Positions 40,551 to 53,999 of a stretch of DNA of 64,000 nucleotides are shown here, in pieces. This DNA is from Octopus sinensis (lineage: Eukaryota): contig NC_042998.1 in NCBI RefSeq assembly GCF_006345805.1, positions 151,714,001-151,778,000 of the forward strand, given 5' to 3'. A model generated the notes under the pieces. That model did no database searches and was not told the origin of the DNA. It saw nothing but the letters and a program-made list of their open reading frames with translations. The position numbers and the translations under genes were made by a program. The stretch's first letter is position 1; the number at the start of each line of letters is the position of its first letter.

Positions 40551-40924
40551 GCGCACACACACACACATACACTCACACACACACACACACACACACACAT
40601 ATGATAAATGAAAAATATATGGTAATTAAACAAACGACATAACGTATATGAATATAAAAACGAACGGGAGACAAACAGAAGGTCCGTAATTCTTCATCCG
40701 TTATTGACCAATTGGTAATATTCAGTTTCGCACCCTTAACGATAAGACTGAGCACTTCCCAATTGGCGGCGCCCACAAAAAAGTTTTCTTGCGGAATATT
40801 AGGGATGAGGGCAAACAAAACAAAATAAAACAAGCAAATCGACGCAGAGTGTGATTTAGGGCGGCGGAGAAGGACGGACAGTCGAAAACAAATACGGCCT
40901 TGGGAGCCGAGGAGACGAGAACAG

Positions 40925-41185
40925 TGAGTAACGCTTAGAAAATATCTTCCCAGTTAGCAGATCACGTTATAGGGTGTCGTAGCTACAACATCATGTATCC
41001 GCGATAGGTAATACCGTGATGACATTTTCGGACAACTGCTTATGCTGTGTGGGATATCTCTAGGGTTAGCTCCACAAAGTCTCCATCGGTTACCGCATTT
41101 TGCAGCTTTTCCTGCGTCTCTGTCCCTTTTTTGAATCAGGTATTTGGTTGATATTTCTTGTTTCTGGATTGCATGTACGTACTGC
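40925..41185 (-). mobile_element. RLE-type LINE fragment
   Basis: AIQKQEISTKYL...RLCGANPRDIPHSISSCPKMSSRYYL (ORF 40954..41187). Confidence 0.7.
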
Positions 41186-41238
41186 ATACTTACGTATGTA
41201 TGTATGTATGTATGTATGTATGTATGTATGTATGTATG

Positions 41239-41301
<63 letters not shown>

Positions 41302-41414
41302 ATATACACACACACATATATACATACATATATATATTTATATTTATTGTTTGTTTGTTTCCCACCTGCCTTCGTCTTTTGTCTATTTTCATAAAGCTTC
41401 CCGTTATATATATT

Positions 41415-41450
<36 letters not shown>

Positions 41451-41771
41451 TATACATACATATATATACATATACACACACACATATAATATATATATAT
41501 ATATATCTTATAACTTGTGAAATTGAAGTCGTCGGTTGGGCGATACTTTCGTAAAATGAGAAAGGTGCAAGAGTGGTAGTGTGAGGGAAACATAGTAGCA
41601 TAGAGAATGTGACTAATATCGGGGAAGAGGAAACAGAGTTGTATAAGCGACAAATATGGAGTGGCAGTGGGTTAGTAATGTTAATACAGTTGTCATTCAG
41701 AGATACACACACGCGTGCTTTCAATCTCTTTTTCGCTCGCATCTCTTTCTCCCTGTCTCTCACTCTTTGTT

Positions 41772-41826
<55 letters not shown>

Positions 41827-42295
41827 GTCTTTGTATCAGTCTGTTTCTCTCTGTCTCTGTCTCTCTCAGTAACACACACACATACACACACTCGCAAATC
41901 TATAGATAAGTATTTGAACAACCGAAGTAGTCAATTTTCTTTTCCATTTATGAACAGACGATAAAGAAGTTATCGTCTGCTAAATACTTAGAGTCAAATC
42001 ATTTTTCTTTTCACAAAGACAACGTTTCCAGTCAACATTGAAGGTGAAGCATCTTATTAATTTCGTTTTTATTATTTACAATATTATAATCTCTCATTCA
42101 TCTATCGCAAAGTTAGAAAGACAGATTTCTAAAGGGGAAATTGCTATCACTTGGTATCATCCCTTTTCGTGTTGTAATGTTCCGTCCACAAAACTATCTA
42201 AAGTTTAAACTGAAGGTGAAATCCCTTACTGAATTTATTGAAAAATATTCCACAATTACATTAATTTATTAATTCAACCCTGTAAAAAAAATATG

Positions 42296-45200
42296 GGTGA
42301 TGGTAACTGTATGTTCAGAGCTGTGTCACCCTAGCTCAAAAACAACAGAAATTACTGAACTTTTCAGGAAGAGTCCATATGATACATATGCAATAATTGG
42401 AGGTATTTTCGTTGTTTTATCCCGAATAGTACAAGGCAGGAACACCAAGCATACATGAGTAGGGATGGAACATACGGCCGTAATGTTGAATTAGTTGCCA
42501 TTAATGAATTGTACAATGTCGCCATTCAGGTTCATTACAAAAATGACCATGAAATTATTATTCCTCTGTTCACCTTTTGCGGTCGAACATTTACAGAAAG
42601 GAAGATTTATGTGTTATATAGTGGCGAAATTGACAACGGCTACAATGATGCTCTCTTTTCCATAAACAATCATGTGCATGAAAGGAATGTTGAAGGAAAT
42701 GAAATATCACCAGACAGTAAAAAAGACAAAAGAATGAGAATTCAAACACTTAATATGAAAACAGTAGAAGAAAATAAAAATCATCGGAAAGTTAGGTTCC
42801 ATAAAATGAGGGAATATGAGAGGAGGACAAGAGAACAAGAAGGTAATAAAGATAGGGAAATGAGATTGTAGAGAAACAAGGAAAATTATAGAAATTTAAA
42901 AAAGTACAAAAAAATAAGCAAGGCAAAGAAATATGATTGCTAAAAAGGAGAGAAAAAATAGAATAAATTGAAAACAAGAAAGTGAAAGCGACAGAAAAAT
43001 ACGACTAAAAAATAGAAAGCTTTCCAGAGAAAATCAGCAGAAAAAGTATAGACGATTTCAATGGCAAGGTGTAGCATTTAATTATGATCCTAATCGTAAC
43101 TATGCATCTGAAAAAATTATCTCCCTGGGCTCTATGTGCAAAACATGGGAAAGGTGTGGTGCTAGGAAGTAGAACACGGAAGCATTAGGTATATGTTGTT
43201 CTAAAGGTAAAGTCCATTTACCAATAATTGAGCCTCCAGAATTTATAAAATGTCTTTTTTGGAGTACCTCTTCAGAATCAAAACACTTTCTTTAAAATAT
43301 TCGAGCATACAATTATCCTTTTCAAATGACATCATTTGGGGCAAAAATTATTAGGGAAAGTGGATTTATGCCGACTTTTTAAGTGCAAGGACAAATTTAT
43401 GACAGAATTAGCTCTCTTAAGTGTTTACAGAATAAAGATCTACAACAATTTTTGAAAATATATTTTATAGGTGACGTTCATAAAGGAAGCATAATGTTGG
43501 AACAAGAATTATCCAGGTACAAGATTAGAACTTACTTTTAAGCTGTAAGAAATGTTTCACGAAAAGAATTCTTATGTGAGAAGCTTTCAGTATGCTTTAG
43601 AATATTTTCAAGTTGTCATTGATGCCGACAAAACACCAGCAGGAGAACATGTCCGTTAATTCAATGCTCCTGAGTGTAATGACGTGGCAATTATTTTGAT
43701 TGGAGAACAACATGGTAAACGAGATATTGTTTTGAAGTATCGTCACAATAGCGTCTCGTTCATAAATGAATCTCATCGTTCATATGATGCTTTACAATAA
43801 CCCTTCCTTTTTGTTAACGGAGATGGATATCACTTTGGTATACCACGAGTTCGAGGAATCACTTCCAAAAGAACTGTATCCTATGTGGATTATTATGTTC
43901 ATCGACTGATGATTCGAAGTAATTTGTTTAATCATCTTCACTATTACCAAGATCTTTTTTACCTGTAGATTGATATGTATAGCAAAAGAGAGTCGGAGAG
44001 TTTGTGCTACATAAAAATGCAGCAAAAAGAACTACGTTCAGAATCGTACGTGTATTTACGAGATGTCATTAACAATGATATTAGTGGGACAGGGCTTCGA
44101 CAACTTTGTATTCTCCCATCCAGTTTTACAGGAAGCCCAAGATATATGCACGAGAGGACACAGGATGCCATGACTTATGTGCGTAATTATGGACGTCCTG
44201 ATCTTTTCACCACTTTTACTTCTAATCCTAAATGAAACGAAACCCAAGCTGAACCCAAGCAGGACTATTATACATCAACAGACACGACTTAACTGCAAGA
44301 GTTTTTCATCCATCACAAGGTTTTGGAATTGATGGACTTCATAACTAGGTTTTACATATTTTGACCAGTATGTTGCTACATGTATACCATTGAATGGCAA
44401 AAAGAGGCCTACCTCACACACATATATTAATCTGGCTTTTTCAGAAAATTCAAACTGATGAGATTGATTCCATAATCTCAGCAGAAATTCCAAACCCCAT
44501 AAAAGACAAAGATCTTTATGAAATTGTAAAATGGAACATGGTTCATGGCCCTTGTGGTGACCTCAAACCAACTGCATTTTGCATAAAAGACAAGAAGTGT
44601 ACGAAACATTATCCTAAATATTTCATTAAAGAAACTCAAACGGATAATGATGGATATTCATCATACAGAAGAAGGACATCACAAGATGGAGGTTTTGAAA
44701 CAAAATTGGTCACCATACAACTGGTAATCAATGGATAGTGTCTTACTGCCCTCTTTTGTCTAAGATATTCAATGCTCACATAAATGTTGAATATTATAAT
44801 TCTATAAAATCAATTAAGCACATTTGTAAATATGTTAATAAGGGTTCTGATGGTACAATGTTCATCCTTCAACAAAAGACGTTTCAAGATGAAGTGACAC
44901 ACTTCCAAATGGGGTGGTATATTTTCTGCAATGAACCTTTTTGGAGGATATTTGGCTTCCCTATTCATGAACGATATCCTCCAGTGAAACAACTCCTTGT
45001 TCATTTAGAGAATGGGCAAGGAATATATTTCACTACAGAAGCTGCTGCTCAAGAGAAACTTGAGCAGCATTTTTCAAACTTTGCCGGAAAGACTCTTTCG
45101 CTAAAACCCTGCTGTACTATCAATTACCATCATATACGTAGAACAGCAAACAATGGAATCGCAGAAAAAGAGACACTGATGGATATCCTGATATCCGATT

Positions 45201-46260
45201 TGAGAATGTTCTGTATACTCAGCAGGAATGTTTTTACTTACGTTTGCTTCTCCATGAAATTCGTGGTCCCTCATCTTTTATCGACTTTGAACTGTTGATG
45301 GTTATATTCATGCTTCTAATAGAGAAGCAGCTTTTAGGTTAGGTTTGTTAGAAGATGATAGGAATTGGATGGCAGCTATGTGAGAGGCTTCTGTGTCTTG
45401 CAGAGGAGGCAATTTAAGAATACTGCTTACTATTCTCCTTAAATACTGTTATTTAGGGGATCTAGCATCAATATGGCTAAGATACAGAAATTATTTTGCG
45501 GAAGATTACAAATACCAGATACAATTACAGGATCTTGGCACAAAAATAGAATACAGTGACGAAATCTACAATACCGCATTAATTGCCATTGAAGATACAG
45601 TTGCTCCTACGAAAGGGAATGAATTGCATGAGTATGGATTTCCTCAGAACTTTCTGAACTTGATAGTTTAACAACATATCTATTAAATGATATGTTAGTG
45701 AAAATGAACCGAAATTGTTGCTTGAACAAAAAGTATTCTACAATACTATCCTAGAAAGGGTTTTTGATCAAATGGGAGGGCTTTTATTTTCTTGATGCTC
45801 CCGCAGGAACTGGAAAAACATTTATCACTAAACTTTTACTTGCTGAAGTGCGGCAAGAGGGAAAAATAGCTTTGGTTGTTGCTTCTTTAGGTATTGTTGC
45901 TACTTTACACGCGGGAGGAAGAACAGCTCACTCTACTTTCAAATTACCCTTGAATATAGCTGGCATTGAGACACCAACTTGTAATATTAGCAAATCCTCT
46001 GGGATGGGACAAATACTAAAGAAGTGTCATCCCATTATTTGGGATGAATGTACAATGGCCAACAAAAAGTCTTTGGAAGCTCTGAATCGAAGCTTACAAC
46101 ATTTAAGAAATTCTAAATTATTAATGGGCGGGGTTACCACTGTAATCACAAGAGTCTTTCGTCAGACTTTGCCTGTAATTCCAAAGGGCACTTAGGCAGA
46201 TGAGTTAACAGCGTGAAGACACGTAACAAAAATGAACTTAACTAAGAACATGAGAGCCAT
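42296..46260 (+). mobile_element. Degenerate Helitron (OTU-like domain, Rep, PIF1 helicase)
   Basis: GDGNCMFRAV (42296) and MSRDGTYG..VEL (OTU-like); TSFGAK...VQGQIY; GSPRYMHERTQDAMTYVRNYGRPDLF; EWQKRGLPHTHIL (HUH); ICKYVNKG; DAPAGTGKTF, GRTAHSTFKLPL, IIWDECTM; many stops; truncated in the helicase. Confidence 0.92.
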
Positions 46261-47162
46261 TCTTTCGGGCGATGATTTGTATTTTTTTATATAAGTAGTT
46301 CTTCATCTCAGTTGTCCAAAAGAATATCTAATCATTACTCTACAATACTGGGGTTAGTAAATTAATCTGGTATCTAAAATATCATAATAAACAATTTAAT
46401 TTGGAATGGAATATTCTTTCCCTTTCTTTATCGTATGACAAAGGTAAATCTTTTTGCTAGCTTTACAGTAGTGGACTGTTTTTTTTATCCTATTCTCAAA
46501 GAACCCCCTTGTAAATACGTTTATAGAACGCGTTTATCTTTGCAAACATTAACAGAAACATACCTTTAGTTCCTATAAGTGATTTCTACCATTCTATAAA
46601 ATTCGATCTTTGACTATCTTCTTATATTTCAATTACACTAATTATATCTATTTCCATGCCTTTAAACGTTATTATAATTCACCTATCGCTCTATATCTCT
46701 CCACTATTAGTTTTCTGCTCATTTCTTTCTTTCTCCTCCTCCGCTTTCTATAAACTAATTTTGACATTATATCTACTAACGTTTTTTAAAAAAAAAAATC
46801 GATAGCGTTCCTTTCATCATATACACAATCATCACATCCTGTTAAAATGTCTTATTGATGTGTTTGGTTTGTTTCTTTCTTTTCCTGATGAGAAGATTGC
46901 ACTGTTTTATACCATAATATTTCTTCTGGAATAATACTAATGTTGTCTTCGAAACATATGTAAGAAGTAAAAGAATTTGAATAACACCTGCGTTTAACTC
47001 CATTCATTAATTTATATTATACAAAACATTTCACCTAAACATGGAGTTTCTGCCTTTATAAATAGACTGTTATGTCCTTGTTACTTGTGCGAATTTTTGC
47101 TACTCTGGTTACTGTTTATTTATTTTTCCCGTGTTATTTGAAAAAAAACATACATACATTTG

Positions 47163-47284
<122 letters not shown>

Positions 47285-47825
47285 CGTGTGCGTGTGTGTA
47301 TATATATATATATACACACATATACATATATGCGACGGTAATCCCACCAGGATAGCCCCTTTTCCTGAACGTGAAATCTGAACACACATAGCACACAAAC
47401 TCCACACACAGAAGAAATATGCTTCAATGACGAACTACCTCAGCACACAAGTATAAGAACAATACACATCCAAACTAAAGACAAAATAGTGCAAGCAAAT
47501 TGAACACGCAACAGTTTGCACAAAAGACAAAGCCAATAGAGAGCAACATTCAAAACATGTCACCCAAGAATAACGTCCCTTGATTCATTGTTTTAGTCAC
47601 GAGAATCCACGAGAGTCTCCGCGAACTACCTCAGGCTGTGTTTTCCAAAACGGTTTCAATAATGAATTAGAAGCAAGGTGCATGTGGGTCAGATGCATTT
47701 TAGGCGTAAGAAAATATATTCTCAATATGCCTGAAGGTCAGTCATAGATAAGCGAAACAACTTACATATTGGAGCGACAGACATCGATGCTTCGTCGTTG
47801 ACATACATTATTTATGGGATGACCC

Positions 47826-47895
<70 letters not shown>

Positions 47896-47906
47896 TATAA
47901 TATATA

Positions 47907-49193
47907 TTGGGCTATCCCATAAATAATGCGGGTTTTTATACTTTTATTTTTCAAAATTAACATAAACAACGTTCTTTTTTAATCTAAAATATATTCTCCT
48001 TCAGTTTCTACAATACTTTTCCATCTATCCGGTACACTTGCAAGACCCCTCTTCCAAAATTCACTTGCCCCTGACGAAAAATACTCCTCCAATACTCTTC
48101 TGGCCTCGTCTACAGAATTCATATTTTTTCCGTTCAAATAATTTTGAACACTGCGGAATAAATGATAATTAGATGGAGCAATGTCCGGTGAATATGGTGG
48201 GTGGGGCATCGTTTCCATTCAAACTACTCCAGCCTTTAGAATGTCATCCTCGCTGTATGTGGCCGAGCTTTATCCTAAAGGAAGAACACCATTCGAGTAG
48301 GTCGTTTTTCTTCTTGCGCAGACTTAAGCCGCTCAAGCTGCTCGCAGTAGGTCTCCTTTGTTATAATTTGGTTTGGGTTTAAAAGTTCAAAGTGGACTAA
48401 ACCTTTTATATCCCACCAAACAGGTAACAACACCTTAAGTGGGTGAAGGCCTACTTTAGCCAGGGATGTCGGTGTTCCTCCTTTCCCTACTCACTATCTT
48501 CGGCGCTTAACATTTTCATAGAGAAATCATTTCTCGTCACCAGCTGCTATTCGGTCCAAAAAAGGTTCATTTGGGAGACGTGACAGCAAAGAAGAGTACA
48601 CATTCTCAGTCTGCGCGCGATTAGACTCGAAAAGTTTGTGATGAACCCATTGATCCAATTTGCTGACTTTTCCGATGGCATGCAGGTGTCGATAAATGGT
48701 TGAAATCCAAGCTTCACTGCTAGTTCCTCAACAATTACAATGGGATTTTATTCAACCAGGCTTTGCAGGACGTCCTTGTCGAGCTCTACAGTTCTTCCCG
48801 GACGAGGCTCATCTCCAAAGCGATAGTTTCCGGATCGTAATTTCTGGAACTACCGTTGACACTGGCTTACGCCTATTGTCCGATCCCCATATACTACATT
48901 AATATTCCCCGCACTTACCGTTGCGTTGTTGCCTTTATTGAACTCATAAACGAAATATACCGAATATGCTCCTTTGTCACTTCTACTATGGCTTTGAAAA
49001 AATAACTGTTAAAATGGAACAGCATTCTTCAAAACTTGCACTAAGAATAAGTACAAAGTAAAATTACTACCTGCTTTGATGCAGGTAGCTTATCCTGTCC
49101 CCCTCTGACTTTGATGCAGGTAGCCTATCCTGCTCCCCTCCGACATTTAGTTCGTGCAACTGGAAAAAACCTTACTATACTAGGATGTCCCAA
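47907..49193 (-). mobile_element. Full-length (~1.29 kb) mariner element, transposase disrupted
   Basis: HPPYSPDIAPSNYHLFRS (ORF 47979..48218); degenerate TIRs (ttgggctatccc / ggatgtcccaa) with TA on each side (47905-06, 49194-95). Confidence 0.9.
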
Positions 49194-49565
49194 TAAGTAT
49201 ATATATATAATGAGGCTTTTACATGCCGAAATCTACTTGGTGTAATTAATGATTATTCCAAATTAATTAATTTCACCCTATATTATTACTGATATATATA
49301 TAAATTTGGAATAATCATTAATTACACCAAGTAGATTTCGGCATGTAAAAGCCTCATTCGAGGAAAGTTTAAGTAATACTAAGTAATTAAGGGTTTAGCA
49401 ACGAATTGCCTCACCACACACCGAATTTAGAAATAGCAGTCAAAGAGTTATAGCTATTCTTTCTACTAAAAAGGAGATCTCAGTAAAAACACAGCACTTG
49501 AAAGGCAAACACAGACAGGTAAGAGAGAATGAAATGACGGCAATCTATCATACAATTTTAAGTCA

Positions 49566-49656
49566 CCTACGGACGTACGTTTCGAAATTAAGTTTTAGGA
49601 AAGCATAAGAATTAGATAATTATGTCTTACCCAACTTCTTTTCTCATCAGCGTAGG
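49566..49656 (-). ncRNA. Type I hammerhead ribozyme
   Basis: Minus: cctacg-CTGATGA-gaaa...tttc-GAAA-cgtacg-TC-cgtagg. Confidence 0.88.
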
Positions 49657-50075
49657 ACACTACAATTATGAATAATTGTATATTAAATTTCGAGATAAAG
49701 AATAGCTATAACTCTTTGACTGCTATTTCTAAATTCGGTGTGTGGTGAGGCAATTCGTTGCTAAACCCTTAATTACTTAAACTTTCTTCGAATGAGGCTT
49801 TTACATGCCGAAATCTACTTGGTGTAATTAATGATTATTCCAAATTAATTAATTTCACCCTATATTATTACTGATAACCATATTTCGTCCCAGTAAATGA
49901 CCATAGCATCTTGTCTTGGCTACACGCTGGTGGGAAGGGGTTGGTGACACAAACTTTCATTCACACTTTGAATTTGGTGATACTGGTAACGGCTTTAGCT
50001 CGCTCTGATACTGAGTTGAGATGATGCCTTCTAGTATCTCGAAATTTAATATACAATTATTCATAATTGTAGTGT

Positions 50076-50166
50076 CCTACGCTGATGAGAAAAGAAGTTG
50101 GGTAAGACATAATTATCTAATTCTTATGCTTTCCTAAAACTTAATTTCGAAACGTACGTCCGTAGG
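50076..50166 (+). ncRNA. Type I hammerhead ribozyme
   Basis: cctacg(50076-81)-CTGATGA-gaaa...tttc-GAAA(50149-52)-cgtacg-TC-cgtagg(50161-66); GUC triplet. Confidence 0.88.
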
Positions 50167-50352
50167 TGACTTAAAATTGTATGATAGATTGCCGTCATTT
50201 CATTCTCTCTTACCTGTCTGTGTTTGCCTTTCAAGTGGTGTGTTTTTACTGAGATCTCCCTTTTAGTAGAAAGAATAGCTATAACTCTTTGACTGCTATT
50301 TCTAAATTCGGTGTGTGGTGAGGCAATTCGTTGCTAAACCCTTAATTACTTA

Positions 50353-50433
<81 letters not shown>

Positions 50434-50908
50434 AATACATGCATAAATACATACATATATGAATGTATATGCTGACCACATGTCAAAGAACAAATCCTCC
50501 GAATCCTTCTTCAAACAAGCACAATCGAGGCTTTAGCTCTAATGACCAGATTAACCTACACATAGTGTATTCATTGGTAATGTGACTAATCAATTATTGA
50601 ACTTTTATCTACTGTACAGTACACTATCTGTATATATAAAAGGCATGATGTGTGTGTACGTGATTGTAATTTATGCACGTCCACAAATTAGCACGCATGT
50701 CGCTCCAATTATAGGAGGACATTTGTCAGCATCCTACCTGAGTTTTGTCAACTTATTTTTCCCGAGGCACCCGCGGATACCGATAAAAATCTATTTTCAG
50801 CCATAGCTTTTACTAATTTTGAAGGTTGCTAACATGGGTTAAGTCCCTTCTAGCCATAGCCAAGCGAAAGTGTGTGTTTGAGGGAGAGAGAAGTTGTATG
50901 TTGATGTA

Positions 50909-50945
<37 letters not shown>

Positions 50946-51808
50946 GAGGGAGAGTGTTTCGCAACGTCTAACAAAAATAGTAAAGAAAAAGTATGTGTAA
51001 GGAAGAGTGGGAGATAGTTTGACAGCATCTAGCATAAAAAGGGGAAAACAAAGTGAGAGAGAGAAGGAGAGAGTATAAGTGATAGCGTTTATAAAAATAA
51101 AATGTAAAATGTTTTGTTTTTTTCTTAAACACGAGATATAGTCTTCATATTTAAGATGTTTTTGAAAGACACTATATTTTATATTCAGAGTATATATATA
51201 CTTTCTCACACAACAATTACAATATATTTATTTTAAATCATTTATTTATTTTAAATCGTTCATCTTTCTCCCCCTCCTCTCTCTCACAAACTTATTACTT
51301 TGGGTGCGAAAGAGTTTTGTTTTTATTTTACGCCGAGTAAAAAAGTGGTTTGTTGAGAATCCATTTATTTAACAACAAAGAAACGAAGAGGTAGGTAACA
51401 GTTTGTCAGTGAATTACTCAATATATATGGGTACAATTTCCGAGGCATCCACCACACCCCACTCCGTTTTACGGACCACAAAACGGGTTTTGTAGTATAT
51501 TAGGAGGCCAGAGTAGTTGATTCCACGCAAAAAAAAAAACAATTTTTTTTCTAAGTGAAAATCGTGCGAGTGTTGATCTACAAATTTACCAACATTTTTT
51601 CTATTCATTTCTGTTTATGAACATGCGTGTAAAAAACATGCAATAGGTTTACGTACGTACGTGTGTGTATGTGTGTTCGTGTGTGTTGCACATATATATG
51701 TATATGTATATTATATTATATTATATTATATTATATTATATTATATTATATTATATCATATTATATTATATTATATTATATTATATTATATTATATTATA
51801 TTATATTA

Positions 51809-51840
<32 letters not shown>

Positions 51841-51841
<1 letters not shown>

Positions 51842-51985
51842 CACCTTGATCACCTTGACCGACCAGTTCGTCAGGCGTCCATTTGACACCGCTGGTCACA
51901 GAACGCTGTCCACTCCTCTGGATCGCGCCTTTCTCATCCATGTGATCCCAATCGTCCTCCTGAAATCGTAACTCCACCGTCGTAT
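51841..51985 (-). mobile_element. RTE-type LINE 3' end fragment in (TA)n
   Basis: [21 protein letters not shown] (ORF 51896..52084) followed by a short repeated tail (caaggtgat caaggtga). Confidence 0.55.
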
Positions 51986-52001
51986 ATATATATTGGAGTT
52001 A

Positions 52002-52076
<75 letters not shown>

Positions 52077-52753
52077 AATTTCAACGGATTTCGCCCAAAT
52101 TTGACGTCGATATTACTTAGTTTGGTTTGAAATAAAGAACTTGATTAGCTTAATAATCGTAAGTTAATCCCGGGCAAGGCCGGGTTATACTGCTAGTATA
52201 TTATAAAGTGAAAATAAAATTTATGTCGTTAAACTGCGTCTTTGAAATTGTTTGTTCTAGAACTTTAAGGATGTGCAAATATGCATTATTATAACTTCTG
52301 CACACTGAAAAACAAGAGATAATCGCAATATATTTATAGTTTTTTGAACGCGGACCCTCATTTATCTGGCCACATATATACCTAATGTGTATATGAACGG
52401 AGAGAATATATTGAAAGATGCTATATAAATAAAATAATAAAATGCGAAACAGAACTTAGCTGTAATGACTTAACTAATTTGCATAAGATGTATTTATCAG
52501 TAATGTGGTTAATTAAATAATTATTTCCAGAACACGATTAATTAATATAATTTAATACACGCAGAGCTGTGAATAAATGCTTAGTAAACACACACACACA
52601 CACACGCACACACATACACACACAGAAACGTACATATATATATGCGAATGCATGTCTGTGTGAGTGTATGTGTCTATATATTATCATATAGATACATAGG
52701 TAAAGATAAATGTAGGTAAATACATAGGTAAAGATATATATACATATATATAA

Positions 52754-52786
<33 letters not shown>

Positions 52787-52858
52787 CATAAACATATATA
52801 TATTTACTCATATATATTTCTATAATTATACATATGTGTGTGTATATAGATGTGTATG

Positions 52859-52917
<59 letters not shown>

Positions 52918-52921
<4 letters not shown>

Positions 52922-53624
52922 TAACAATTGAGGATAAAATCTTTAAAAGAAATTATCAGTAGTCAGCGTGAAAAACCTCGTAAGAGAAAAATCCGTTAAA
53001 TCTTCCTCTGTTTTGCATTCGGTAAAAGTTTTGCATTCGGTAAAATTTTGTTTATTTTAGTAGTTTTGACCGCATTGGTCCCTCTTAGCGTGTTGGTATC
53101 TACGAATAGTAGTACCCTCAATATAATATAAATGAATATTTTCAAAGAGGAAGATTTTACCGATTTTTTCTCTTACGAGGTTTTTCACGCTGACTACTGA
53201 TAATTTCTTTTAAAGATTTTATCCTCAATTGTTAATTTATATTTTTCACCGGAATAGTTCAATACTGAAATTTTATTCCGACTAGACAATTTGGTACCGA
53301 AATGCATTGCGAATAAGCCCGCCATTTTCATAGATATGTAAAGATAAACATTCGTACATGCTACGACGAATTCTACGGTTGGCTATCGAGCTTGTAATGT
53401 TATGTTTTCTCTTATATTTCTTGAGTTTGTTGCACTGACGAACATGAAATGCATATTCTGCATTAAATGCGAAATCACATGTGATATGTAACTGAATTCT
53501 TTTTTAAAATGATGTGTTTTGAAGTTTTGCATTCGGTAAAATTTTGTTTATTTTAGTAGTTTTGACCGCATTGGTCCCTCTTAGCGTGTTGGTATCTACG
53601 AATAGTAGTACCCTCAATATAATA
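52918..53624 (+). mobile_element. ORF-less hammerhead-containing element: ~496-bp monomer (1.2 copies) with 5' inverted segment
   Basis: Inverted repeat 52918-53009 / 53146-53238; identical 103-bp direct repeat 53026-53128 / 53522-53624; TA-repeat tracts on both sides. Confidence 0.85.
53430..53491 (+). ncRNA. Type I hammerhead ribozyme motif
   Basis: ttgca-CTGACGA-acat...atgc-GAAA-tcacatgtga-TA-tgtaa; 10-nt palindromic helix III; first pair of helix II is an A.C mismatch. Confidence 0.7.
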
Positions 53625-53895
53625 AATATATATATATATATATATTATATTACATATACACATATATACATATATATATGTATATGTAGAAATTTACGTA
53701 TATATATATGTATGTATGTATATATACACATGTATATCAGTGGTGCTTCGTCCATGAATGCAAGGCATGCAATGCATGTCAAACTTTTATCGATGTTTAT
53801 ACATAACAGGTCTTATTTTGATAAAAAAAAATGATCATTTCTTTTAGAAACTACTGGAATGAGGGCAGTATTATACATATACATATTGTACGCAT

Positions 53896-53989
<94 letters not shown>

Positions 53990-53999
53990 AATATAAGTT

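Larger units (their letters stand above)
49209..50355. mobile_element. Hammerhead-containing ~590-bp repeat family, locus 1 (inverted plus partial tandem copies)
   Basis: Segments 49209-49293 (ribozyme-sense +), 49302-49698 (ribozyme-sense -) and 49699-50355 (ribozyme-sense +, ~1.1 monomer); no ORF; TA-repeat flanks. Confidence 0.9.

Noticed and set aside
49070-49142. ~35-bp tandem duplication in the mariner 5' region
   Set aside because: Likely a routine family feature with no further signal.
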